A stretch of 28,205 bases of DNA from Chlorokybus atmophyticus. Taxonomy: Eukaryota > Plantae > Mesostigma and Chlorokybus algae. The notes below the pieces were generated by a model. It saw nothing but the letters and a program-made list of their open reading frames with translations. It was not told the origin of the DNA and made no database searches. Numbering within the stretch: the first letter of the stretch is position 1; each line of letters opens with the position of its first letter. A program made the translations under genes and the position numbers. Shown piece by piece: positions 1 through 10,100 of this stretch. Location of the stretch: the NCBI GenBank assembly GCA_009103225.1, contig RHPI01001960.1:1-28205 (forward strand), written 5' to 3'.

Positions 1-66
1 TTTTGGAATGAATGGCTGGGCCGTTATCGGCATGACTGCTGGTCCACCGAGGTCGACACACCAGGA

Positions 67-516
67 GCTGTGCCGTCAACGGCACAACTGCTGCTGCTGC
101 TGTGCCGACGTCGGCAGCAGTGCTACTGTGCCGAAGTCGGCAGAAGCGCTGCTGTGCCGAAGTCGGCAGAAGTGCTATTGTGCCAAAAACGGCAGGATCG
201 TTGCTGTGCCGAAGACGGCAGAAGCGCTGCTGTGCCGAAGACGGTGGGGTCGCAGCTGTGCCGAAGACGGCAGAAGCGCTGCTGTGCCGAAGACGTTAGA
301 AGTACTGCTGTGCCGAGGTCGGCCCAACGCAGTTTGCCCCGTCAGCGGCAGTAACCAGCTTGTGCCGGCTGACAGATGGTGACTTACGATCCTCTGCCGG
401 CACAAAGCGACTTGTGCCGTCTTGGGAGAAGAACTGCTCGCAGAACTCGAAGGCAGGTGCCGCTGACGGCACAACTGGCTTGTGCCGAGAACGGATTCTG
501 CTGCAGGCGCCGTGTG
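67..516. mobile_element. Putative end of a CMC/CACTA-like DNA transposon (subterminal repeat array) abutting the truncated gypsy 5' LTR
   Basis: TGTGCCG/CGGCACA motifs occur in both orientations up to about 490. The segment ends ...GGCGCCGTGTG (CACACGGCGCC on the - strand) exactly where LTR homology begins at 517. The other end and any TSD are not in the window. Confidence 0.45.
99..332. repeat. Tandem array of about 9 copies of a 26-bp unit (GCTGTGCCGAAGACGGCAGAAGCGCT)
   Basis: Units start near 99, 125, 151, 177, 203, 229, 255, 281 and 307. Each has a TGCCG-N4-CGGCA mini-hairpin. Degenerate copies lie at 67 and 333-490. Confidence 0.9.
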
Positions 517-934
517 TTATCAAAGGCTATAATGCTTATTATACCTTAAATAAGTCCTTATGGGTGTAGAACCGCTTATTCAAACCTATTTGATGTCACA
601 TTTGATAAAATGTGATCACTATCTCGCTAGGTACCTTACAATAGGTATCTTTCGATAGGTACCTTATCGATAGGTACCTTATGTGAGCTATGAATGGCTC
701 ATGCTAGATTTCCTAACCACCCTATCTGTAGGGTCGATGTCTAGTTGTGAGCTAATTAGTGAGAGGTGTATATTTGATATACTTTTGATATAAAAGGTCA
801 CATCAAACTGATGCGAGGGGACTTTTAATTCTCTGCTCAGTGGCTGCCACGCCGCTAAAAGGCTTGTCATAGGCGGTGTGGGTGTTGGGGTAGAGGATTG
901 AAGGGGCATCACCGGCAACGGTGGTGCTGTTACA
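517..934 (+). repeat. Gypsy 5' LTR, missing about the first 105 bp
   Basis: Colinear with 11765-12182: 39 mismatches in 418 nt by manual count, no indels. Ends ...GCTGTTACA and is followed by the PBS. Confidence 0.93.
628..682. repeat. Four 14-15 bp repeats (TAGGTACCTTATCGA) inside the gypsy LTR
   Basis: Units at 628, 642, 656 and 671, with AGGTACCT and ATCGAT palindromes. Also present at 11876-11930. Confidence 0.85.
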
Positions 935-935
935 T

Positions 936-947
936 TGGTATCGGAGC
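936..947 (+). promoter_or_regulatory. Gypsy primer-binding site for the tRNA-iMet 3' end
   Basis: TGGTATCGGAGC one base after the LTR end. The canonical plant-type PBS is TGGTATCAGAGC (one G:U difference). Confidence 0.88.
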
Positions 948-1031
948 TTGGTTCTGCCGGTGGCCGACCATGACGAACCCCTGGGATAATTCCTCAGCTG
1001 AGATGGCAGCTGCCGAGGACGTCAGCGTTTT

Positions 1032-1130
1032 TAAGTGGGGGGGAGTGTCACGGGAAGGTACATTCAATTACCACAAATCGACCATAGAAGCACCAAGTCT
1101 TTTGTGGTCGAGTGGGCTGTTACATTGGTA
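1032..1130 (+). other. Internal PPT plus 79-bp mini-LTR (1046-1124) plus TGGTA in the gypsy leader
   Basis: 1032-1055 matches the true PPT/LTR-start junction at 6649-6672 at 22 of 24 nt. 1116-1130 is identical to the LTR-end/PBS junction at 926-940 (15 of 15). Confidence 0.75.
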
Positions 1131-1686
1131 CCCATGAGCTGGGGGGGTGACATGAGGACTTATAGTCAGCGACGACTTGCTTCCGGCCAATTGGAAGGCG
1201 GCGGCGGCACCCTCACATCGTCCACGTGCTCTCAAGTTCAAGTTTGCTTCCCTGCGCTACCTACACATCTCAGAAGCCATCACAGAGGCGGCGTGGGAGG
1301 TATTCCCCGTACACAGCATGCTCGCTTGCCAGTGCACGTGTGTGGGGGAATTTCATTTCATTTTCATGCACACATTAGTGACTGCTTGTCAACTGCTTGC
1401 TTACTTGCTTTCCAGTTGCTTGCCAATGCATGTGTGTGCGTGGCTTGCACATCATGTAATGATTGCCACCTGCTTCCCTGTTGCTTGCCTGTTTGCACAG
1501 CTGCTTGCCAGTGCATGCGTGTCATACATCACTGTTTGTCATTGTGCTTGCCAGTGCATGTCACAGTTGGTCACTGTACGGCTTGCCTGTTGCATGCCTG
1601 TGACGTGCCTGTGACCTGCCAGCTGCTTTTCTGGGTCGCTCGACCCGGGTCCGCAAGTTTCGAACCAAGCTGCTTCCAAGCCCTCC

Positions 1687-1830
1687 CCCTCTGGCTTCGG
1701 CCTGGAGATCGGGACTTGGTTAGGACAGTTTTGGAGAAGTTCTATAGCTAGAACATTTTGTTCTCAAACTATTAATCTAAAACCCTCTCCCTCTGGCTTC
1801 GGCCTGGAGATTGGGACTTGGTTGAGGACA
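1687..1830 (+). repeat. Direct repeat of about 41 bp in the gypsy leader (1687-1727 and 1789-1830)
   Basis: CCCTCTGGCTTCGGCCTGGAGAT(C/T)GGGACTTGGTT(G)AGGACA occurs twice. Confidence 0.85.
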
Positions 1831-2026
1831 ACACAGGGTTGGGACCTTCTGGTCCCATTCAGACTTGTACAGTTTGGTGACACTTCAGATCAAGCCTTTC
1901 CTTGTTTTTGGACTGATTTGGAGTCTGTCTAGGACTTGAGCAACTAGGGGTCATTTTTATCCTCTCGTTGAACCTGGTCCATTGGTGAGGTTCTCACCAT
2001 CCCATTTTGCCTGTTTTTGCAGACAA

Positions 2027-3117
2027 ATGGAAGAGAACTCGGTGCCCACCTCGAAGGGGGAAAGCTCGCAAAAAAAGCAATTATCCCGTAAGGAGGAGTT
2101 TCCTTCCATGGAGGATATCGCCAATCCGGATGATGCACTTGATGAGTCTCATGCTGCTAAGGCTGTGGATTCGGTGGAACCAGACAGTCCACCTCCACAA
2201 GCAGGTCCTGAAATCTCAAGTCGCTTGACGAAACAGGAGCTAATGGACCACTTTCTTGGCACACATATGATGAGGAGCCTCGTGAGGCGATTGTCTCGCT
2301 CATTAACTTCCTCTTTCAAGTGGCGGAAACGATCTTAAAGCTCACCTTTATGGGGCAAGATTGGGAGGGATCAATGGGTGAAGGCAAACGTGTTTTAAAC
2401 ACGATCGAGCGCCTTTAACGCTCTGACAGCGGTTTACCTGTTCAAGCGCTCGCTCGTCCTGCCGAGTTTGTTCCCAACAAGCAAGCGGCAACTTTCGACT
2501 GGCTCATGAAGCTGAGACACTATGTCTACTCCCTTCACATTTTTAAAGAGGGGAAGTTGCTTTTAGCTGAGTTGCTGATTCTAAATGTTGCTATGGCAGA
2601 GTAGTACCGCCGTAAGCAACGTGATACGAATCTTTGGCGGGAAGTAAATCAATTGTGCTCTTTCATGGAGCAGCGCTATAGCGGCGCAGATCCCGCCCAG
2701 GTTGCTCGCAATCAGCTGCACAATGTGCATCAAAACGGGCGCCGAGTTCAGCTGTACATCCAGTCTTTGATCAGCAAGATCAATGCTAGCAAACTGCCCA
2801 TCAGTAATGCTGATCAGCTGGATATGTTCAGGCGTGGCTTAAACACAAATTTCGTGCAGCATGTGGCCGTCAACCCCGCGAGTTTGCCAGAGTGGGCCTT
2901 GATGGATTTGCCAATGCTGATGCGGATGGTTGCTGCTGTGGACAGTGTGAAGCGCTCGCATGCCAACATGCAAACCACAGCCAAAGAGGCAGCCCCGGCT
3001 TCAGCTGCAAAGCGCCTGGCCACTGACAACTTCTGCCAGAAGACAGATCATGAGGAGGCCAAGTGCTATGCCAAGCAAATCGCACAAAAGGCTAAGCAAC
3101 AGAAGGTCAAGAAATAG
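2027..3117 (+). pseudogene. gag: Gypsy gag, disrupted
   Basis: Retrotransposon-gag-like QNGRRVQLY...MFRRGL and a degenerate zinc knuckle (D)NFCQKTDHEEAKC. Stops and a frameshift lie between 2338 and 2610. Confidence 0.8.
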
Positions 3118-3161
3118 CAATTGTCCGTGGTTGGTAGCTTAGTCGAGCAGCACGACGTTAA

Positions 3162-3470
3162 AACTCTATACATTTTGATAAAGTTTCCTCTGTTTGCAAT
3201 GTATCAAAAGTGTGGACTGATGTGAGCACACCAACCGTGTTAGCAAACACAACTGGTTGTGTTTTAATCAATGTTCCATTCTCTGAGTTAGTAACTGCTG
3301 TTAAGCACTTACACAAGTTGCAACTACAACATGATATCAATGCATGCGTAGTTATCCCTTGATATCATGGCCCGTGGTTGCGGTGGTTGAAAGGGGGAGA
3401 AGTGATTATGCAACTCTCACGCAAAGATACAGGAACATCACCATTACAGGTGATCTTTATCAAGCCTGCT
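3162..3470 (+). pseudogene. Putative Dam/DIRS-type N6-adenine DNA methyltransferase-like domain between gag and protease
   Basis: The unlisted frame +3 reads NSIHFDKVSSVCN...GCVLINVPFSELVTAVKHL...NACVVIP*YHGPWLRWLKG...SPLQVIF. This matches the NPP[FWY] motif-IV context followed by A-x-x-V-x-P-x-W of this family. One TGA at 3360. Confidence 0.6.
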
Positions 3471-3480
3471 ACCAATCACG

Positions 3481-6400
3481 GCACCGACATTAGCTACATT
3501 TGATGGTCACTTAGTGCCACTCAAATGGAGATTTGAGAGTCAACTTATAGGCACACCATGTATAGCATTGATTAATACTGATGCAAACCATAACTTTGTT
3601 GAACATGCTTGGGTGAAACGTAATAACATACCTTTCACACCAGTCACGTCGTATGTGCGTGCTGATGGTTCCACCCTCAATGCAATCGGGGAGGTGAAGG
3701 GGCGTTGTTATTAATAGCCACAAGACTCAACTGAATTTCATCGTGGTGGATATAGGTATCCCCGGGGTGGATGTTGTTTTGGGTGAACAGTGGCACACCG
3801 AAGCAGGTTTGCAATTGGACTCTCGAGCAAATACGTGCACCCTTCGTAAGGGTAAACGGAAAAATAGCTAAAAGAGTTAGAGTTATTAGACAAAGGCTTG
3901 ATAACAAAGAGCATGTCTCCTTTTAGAGCACCAATTTTGTTTATGCCCAAAAAGAATGGCAAGCTACGCATGTGTGTTGGTTACCGTGCGTTGAACAAGG
4001 TAACTGTGAAAACAGATACCCTTTGCCTCGGATTGATGATTTGTTTGATAAGCTGTTAGGTGCAACAGTGTTCAGCACACTGGATCTGACCAGTGGTTAT
4101 CAAATCAAAATCCACCCGTCGGATATATAGAGTACTGCGATTCGCACCCCAATAGATCACTTTAAGTATAAAGTATTACCATTTAAATTTAACAAATGCA
4201 CCAGCTACATTTCAGGCAGCCTTGAACGCGGTATTTGCTGATGAATTGTACAAGTTTGTACTGGTATATCTTGACGACATTCTTGTGTTCAGTAAAACCC
4301 GGGAGGAACGCCACAGGCATGTGGAATTGGTTCAAGCTAAGTTACGCGAACACAAATTCTATGCCAACCTGTCCAAATGCAACTTTGCAAAAGATGAACT
4401 ACCCTTTTTAAGGCATGTGATTAGCAGAGAAGGATTGAACCCAGACCCTCAAAAGGTGTGTGCGGTGAAGGATTGGCCACCACTAAAGGATGTACATCAG
4501 TTACGTGCTTTCTTGGGGCTAGCCAATTATTTTCGCAAGTTCATGCGAGCATATTCTAGCATGGCAAATCCTTTAACATCTTTATTGAGAAAGAATGTTA
4601 AATTTGTGTAGACGGAGGCACACGAGGTTGCTTTTACACGCATTAAAGATGCATTAACACAAGCCCATGTGTTAGCCTTCGTTGATCACACCAAGCCTTT
4701 TGTGGTGATCAGTGATGCTTCTACCATTGGGTGTGGGGCAGTCCTTCTACAGGATGACGGACCATGTGCATATGAAAGCGAAAAGTTCATTCCTGCTGAA
4801 CGTAATTACACAACCACTGAGCAGGAATTGCTTGGGGTGGTGCGCGCGCTGCGCACATGGCGTTGCTACTTGGAAGGTGTGGAGTTTTTAGTGATTACTG
4901 ATCACAACCCGCGCACATCTTTCATACGCAACAGAACGTGTCGAGGCGGCAAGCTGGGTGGAATGAATTCATTTCTCGTTTCACGTTCACTTGACAATAC
5001 CGTCCGGGTCGCACCAATGTGGCGGAGCCACTAAGTTGTAGCCCTGCTCTTTTGGCACTTACGCGCTCTTGAAGTACGCGTAATGTGCAACAGCCTGAAG
5101 ATCCTTTCCTAAAGGAAGTGTCCACAGGTTATAACTCAGATGATTGGTTTAGCAGTCAAACCAACTTGCAACAGCTTGCTCCTGTTAGCAATCTGTGGTA
5201 TAAGGGGAGCAGTTGGCATTTCCTAACTCGGGCGACTTGCATAAGCAATGCTTACAATCAGTGCATGACCCGCCGTATGCTGGACATTTGGGGAAACACA
5301 AAATACTCAAAGCTGCGCAATAGTTATACTGGTGGCCGTCAAAGTCAGCTGATGTGGATCAATATGTTCGCACATGTGACGTGTGTCAACGTAATAAGCC
5401 ACTACGAAAAAACAAGCAGGATTGCTTAAACCATTGGCAATCCCAGAGCAAAAGTGGGATAGTGCCAGTATGAATTTGATTACTGACCTACCGGAAACAG
5501 CAGCCATATACACTGCTTTTGTGGTTTTGGTCGACCGTTTGACCAAAATGATGCATTTTGCCCCGTGTTGCACAACTGTAAGTGCACGGGACTTAGCACA
5601 TTTATTTGTGTCCACGGTCTTTCGAGTTCACGGTGTACCGCGTGAGCTTGTCACAGATTGTGATCCTCGATTTGTCTCCAAGTTTTTGGAGAGAAGTCTG
5701 TGAATTGTTGGGGGTAAAACAAAGAATGTCGATTGCTTTCCACCCGCAAACGAACGGGCAACCCGAACGATCAAACCAAGTATTGAAAGAAATGCTTCGC
5801 CACTATGTGGCTCCTGATCATTTTGATTGGACAGGTACTTGCCAATGGCAGAGTTCGCCGTGAACAATGCGTGGCAGGAAAGTGTAAAGGAAACCCCATT
5901 CTTCTTGAGTTATGGGATTCACTCGAACACACCGGCGTCATTGCGCGTACCTCGCAATGCTCTAACCGTACCAGCGGCAGCGAAGTTTGCCACTGCTATG
6001 CAGGAACATTTGGCTCGAGCCAAGCTATGTCAGTAAAAAGCACAAGACAGGCAAAAAGCTTATGCTAATACACATCGAAAAATGGCCAATCTCGATGTCG
6101 GCGATAAAGTTTTGCTAAACGCAAAAAACATAATCGTCAAAGGTACGGGTGCCCGCAAATTGCTGCCCCGATGGTTAGGTCCGTTCTCTATCATTGATAA
6201 AGTTGGTACGCACGCTTATCGACTGCAATTTCCCCCAAGTGTGCGTATACACAATGTGTTCCATATGGAACTTGTTGAAACCTTACCGCTCAGACGGTAT
6301 ACACAGCCTCCACCACCGCCAGTTGAGGTGGACAGCGAAACCGAATACGAGGTGGAAGCTTTATTGAACCATAAGTTAAATAGTCGAGGACCCGCAACTT

Positions 6401-6519
6401 GCTATTTGGTGAATTGGAAAGGGTATGGCCCAGAACATAACAGTTGGGAGCCCGACATGCATCTTACGCACTGCCGCGAGTTGCGTCGAGCTTACTGGGA
6501 TTCACGTTCTGTCCCGTAA
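3481..6519 (+). pseudogene. pol: Gypsy pol (protease, RT, RNase H, integrase, chromodomain) with many frameshifts and stops
   Basis: Protease ALINTDANHNF (from LIDTGA). [36 protein letters not shown]. RNase H SDASTIGCGAVL, NYTTTEQELL. Integrase HDPPYAGH...CDVC, MNLITDLP, FHPQTNGQPER. Also GPF. Confidence 0.95.
6343..6519 (+). other. Chromodomain at the integrase C-terminus
   Basis: EYEVEALLNH...YLVNWKGYGPEHNSWEP, a canonical (group I-like) chromodomain with aromatic residues kept. Confidence 0.92.
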
Positions 6520-6649
6520 AATGTGGGCTTGGTGTAATGACAAATGGCAATGCAGTTTAATTACCACCCTGTCATTTCCTGCTATCTCACCGGTTACAAT
6601 TACTCGAAATCAAGACTGATCAACTTGAGTTCAACGAGGATGAAAACCT

Positions 6650-6662
6650 AAGTGGGGGGGAA
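6650..6662 (+). promoter_or_regulatory. Gypsy polypurine tract
   Basis: AAGTGGGGGGGAA directly before TGTAAC, the LTR start. Confidence 0.88.
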
Positions 6663-6694
6663 TGTAACGGGAGCAATAATAATGGGGGTACTAC
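6663..6694 (+). repeat. Gypsy 3' LTR, first 32 bp (before the copia insertion)
   Basis: Starts TGTAAC after the PPT, inversely complementary to the 5' LTR end GTTACA. Confidence 0.82.
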
Positions 6695-7096
6695 TGTTGA
6701 GAAGCAAGCATGCAAGTGAAAAGGGCAAGCAATGACACACAGGAGAAGGCAACACACTTCCCGATTTATTATCAACAGACCGCGGGGTTATATACCCGCC
6801 AGTCAGTACACAGTTTGTACACACTGCTGGTCTACATGCAACAGCGTCCGATATACTGAACCATATCCTACGCTGTAAGATGTGCCACGTAGCTAACTTG
6901 ATAAGCTTTGTAACAAGCTATGCCACGTCCTATAAGACTGAGTATCCTAGGAGATATGACGATTCTCCTAGGACCCTTCTCTGCAGTCCGCGCCAGGACC
7001 TTCATGTCCGGAGTCTTCGAGGTCCTCCCATCGAGGTCCCTTCTCTTCTCTCTTGTATGCAGGGCAGGCTGACCGGATGTAGGAATATCTTCAACA
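6695..7096 (-). repeat. Copia 3' LTR (402 bp)
   Basis: TG...CA ends; 9 mismatches against 11285-11686 (about 97.8%). AATAAA on the - strand at 6765-6770. Confidence 0.97.
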
Positions 7097-7105
7097 CTCC
7101 CACGC
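7097..7105 (-). promoter_or_regulatory. Copia short polypurine tract
   Basis: GCGTGGGAG directly before the 3' LTR on the - strand. Confidence 0.6.
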
Positions 7106-7141
7106 GGGCAGCTTGGCCTCCAACGCTTGGTCTTCTTTCAC

Positions 7142-10100
7142 CTAAGCACATATGCCGAGTCCCTTGCAACATGCCTTGAACTTCAGCGGTGACAGTGGCT
7201 TCGTCATGAAGTCCGCGAGCATGTCTTCCGTATTGCAATATTGGAACTCAACCTCCTTGCGTGTGACTCTGTCTCGCACAAAGTGATGCATGACATCAAT
7301 GTGCTTTGTCCTTGTCGAGGTGATGGGGTGCTTCAGCAACTTAATGGCGCCTTGGTTGTCGCAGTTGATCGTGATGCACGCCATTGGGTGCTCCAGATCT
7401 GCCATCAGCTTGCGAAGCCATAACGCCTCCTTTACTGCAGCCGATGCTGCCATGTACTCCGCTTCCAAAGTGGATGCTGCTGTTGTAGGTTGCAGCCTAC
7501 TGTTCCAGCTCACCACGCCTCCATTCAACTTAAATACGTAAGCCGTAGTGGACCTCCTGCTGTCGAGGTCGCCTGCAAAGTCTGCGTCGCAGTAGCCCTC
7601 CATCTCTGTGCTCCCGCAACCAAACTTTATGCCAACACCTGTGCTTCCAGCCACGTAGCGCAACACTCCCTTCGCGGCACGCCAATGCTCCATGCTTGGT
7701 GCTGACATGTAGCGCGCAAGCACTCCAACATAGGGGTACTGAGCCTTGTCGAGTATCTCCTCATCCTTTGCTTTGACGAGGTTGATGCCGAGTGCCAATG
7801 GAGTAGACTTGGTCTTTGCTTCATTGAGTCCAAACTTTGTGACAAGTCGTTTCACCATCTGCTCTTGGCTGATCTTGATTGTGCGTGCTGCTCTGTCACG
7901 CTCTATCACCATGCCAAGAAATAACTTGACCTCTCCAAGATCGCGCACTGCGAATGCTTGCTGTAGTCCGTTCTTTGTCTCCTTCAGGTCTTCAATTCGC
8001 TTGGCCGTGACAATGATGTCGTCCACATACACGAGCAAGTAAACCTTCTTTTCTTCATGGATGAAGAGCCCCGGATCCGCTGAGGATGCTTTGTAGCCGA
8101 GTTTCTCCAACTCTTTCGTGAGGCGAATGTGCCACACACGTGGTGCTTGTCGCAGCCCATACAAAGCCTTGATCAACTTGCAAGCTATGCCTGGCTCCCC
8201 TTCTGCGTAGCCTGGTGGTTGCTTTGTGTAGATCTCTTCCTCCAGCTCTCCGTAAAGGAAAGTAGTCTTCACATCAAGGTGGTGACACTCGAGGTCTTCA
8301 GCAGCAACCATGGCGATCAATGTGCGGAAGGTTGCATGCTTACTTGCAGGTGCAAACACTTCATTAAAATCCACACCTTCTTGTTGCAAAAATCCCTTTG
8401 CCACCAACCTTGCCTTGTAGCGCTCGATGTTGCCTTGACCATCACGCTTCACCTTGAACACCCACTTGACCGGAATGGGCTTCACACCTTGCGGGGGCTT
8501 CTCCAACACCCATGTGTTGTTGGCATGGAGTGATGCAATCTCATCATCCATAGCTCGCTGCCATTGTTCTGCATCTGGTGCTCGCAATGCCTCCTCGTAG
8601 GTGCTTGGTTCTTCACTCTCGTCATTGTGCACACTAGCGATGTGTGCCTTGTAGAAGTCAGGTGCTTGTCTTTCCCTCACTGGGTAGCGTCGAGCTTGCT
8701 CCTGCTGCTTCTGCTTCTCGCCTGCTTCAGATGAGCCCTGCTCTTTATTGATGACTGATGCCTCGCCTTCAACCTCTTCTCTGCTTGAAAGCTCTTCAGG
8801 TTGTGCTTTGTCATCTTCATCTTGAGGGTAGAAACCTTCTTCAGCTTCAACTTGTGATGAGCCTTCGTGGAACACGACTTCTCTGCTCACCACAATCTTG
8901 CGCGTGTCCTCCAGTAGGACCTTGTACGCCTTTGAGCCTGGTTCGTAGCCAACGAAGATGCCCTTCTTGCTGACCGGCTCCAACTTGTGTCGCAATTGAC
9001 TTGGCACAAGTGCATATGCCACACATCCGAACACACGCATGCCACTCACATCTGGCGCTTCACCGTAAAAGAGCTCCCACGGAGTCTTTTGCTCAGAGCT
9101 TATCGGTGAACGGTTGCGGATGTAGTTGGCAGTGAGAACGGCCTCTTTCCACAGACTGTCCTCTAACTTGGTGTCATTGAGCATGGCTCGAACACGCTCC
9201 AACAACGTTCGGTTGAGACGTTCAGCTGCTCCATTCTGCTGCGGTGTGTATGGTGCTATTGTCTCATGCCGTATGCCTTTGCTGGCGATGAACTCTTTGA
9301 GCTGGGCGTTAATGTACTCCCATCCTCGATCACTTCTCATTGCTTTCATCTTCTTGCCCGATTGAATCTCAAGCAATGCAATGACTGTACGCACAGCTCC
9401 AGCGACTTCTGACTTTTGAATCAAAGGGAAGACGATGGAAAGCTTGCTGTAGTCGTCGAGGAATGTTGCAAAGTACCTTACCCCTCCTTTCGCCACAATG
9501 CGCATAGGCCCGCAAACGTCCATGTGCACAAGCTCGCAGGGATGTTTGCTACTTGAAGAAGATGATGAGAACGGCATGCGATGCTGCTTGGCCAACACAC
9601 AGGGTTTACAGAGCGTAGTTGAAGACGCTTGAAAATCTTCCTTGCTCCCAGTAATGCCCTTCACCATGTCTTCAGCGACCAGGCGTGTGAGGTTGCGTTA
9701 GCCCGAATGCCTGGACCTTCGATGCCAAAGCTCAGCCGTCTCCTTCTCCTTCACAATCATGGCCTTGCTGCCATGAGTCTGCTCCACAATGTAGAGCCCT
9801 CCTCGTTGGGTGCCGACCATGTACTCGACCCCATCCATGCGTACGGAGCAGCGTCCCTCCCGGATCACTATCTCAGCTCCCACGCGCTCAGCAACTCTCA
9901 TAGAAAACAAGCTTGCAGCAGCTCCAGGTACGTGCAATACTTCACGCAGTACCACCTCTCTCTCACCATCACTAATCTTGCATTGAAGCCTCACTTCACC
10001 AACTCCTATTGCTTCCAACCCGTGACCACTAAAGCCTTCCACCTTCCTTGTGGTTAACATCTTCCTGTAGTTCTCCATCACCTCCTTGTGCGGTGTGAGA

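Noticed and set aside
99-332. CRISPR-like array
   Set aside because: Units are contiguous with no unique spacers, there are no cas genes, and the context is eukaryotic.
8-523. Cys/Arg-rich ORFs on both strands
   Set aside because: Translation products of the 26-bp tandem repeat.
1035-1751. 238-aa and 145-aa leader ORFs
   Set aside because: They run through TGCTTGC low-complexity DNA and show no domain motif.
7241-8973. Plus-strand ORFs antisense to the copia RT/RNase H
   Set aside because: Typical shadow ORFs of a coding strand.
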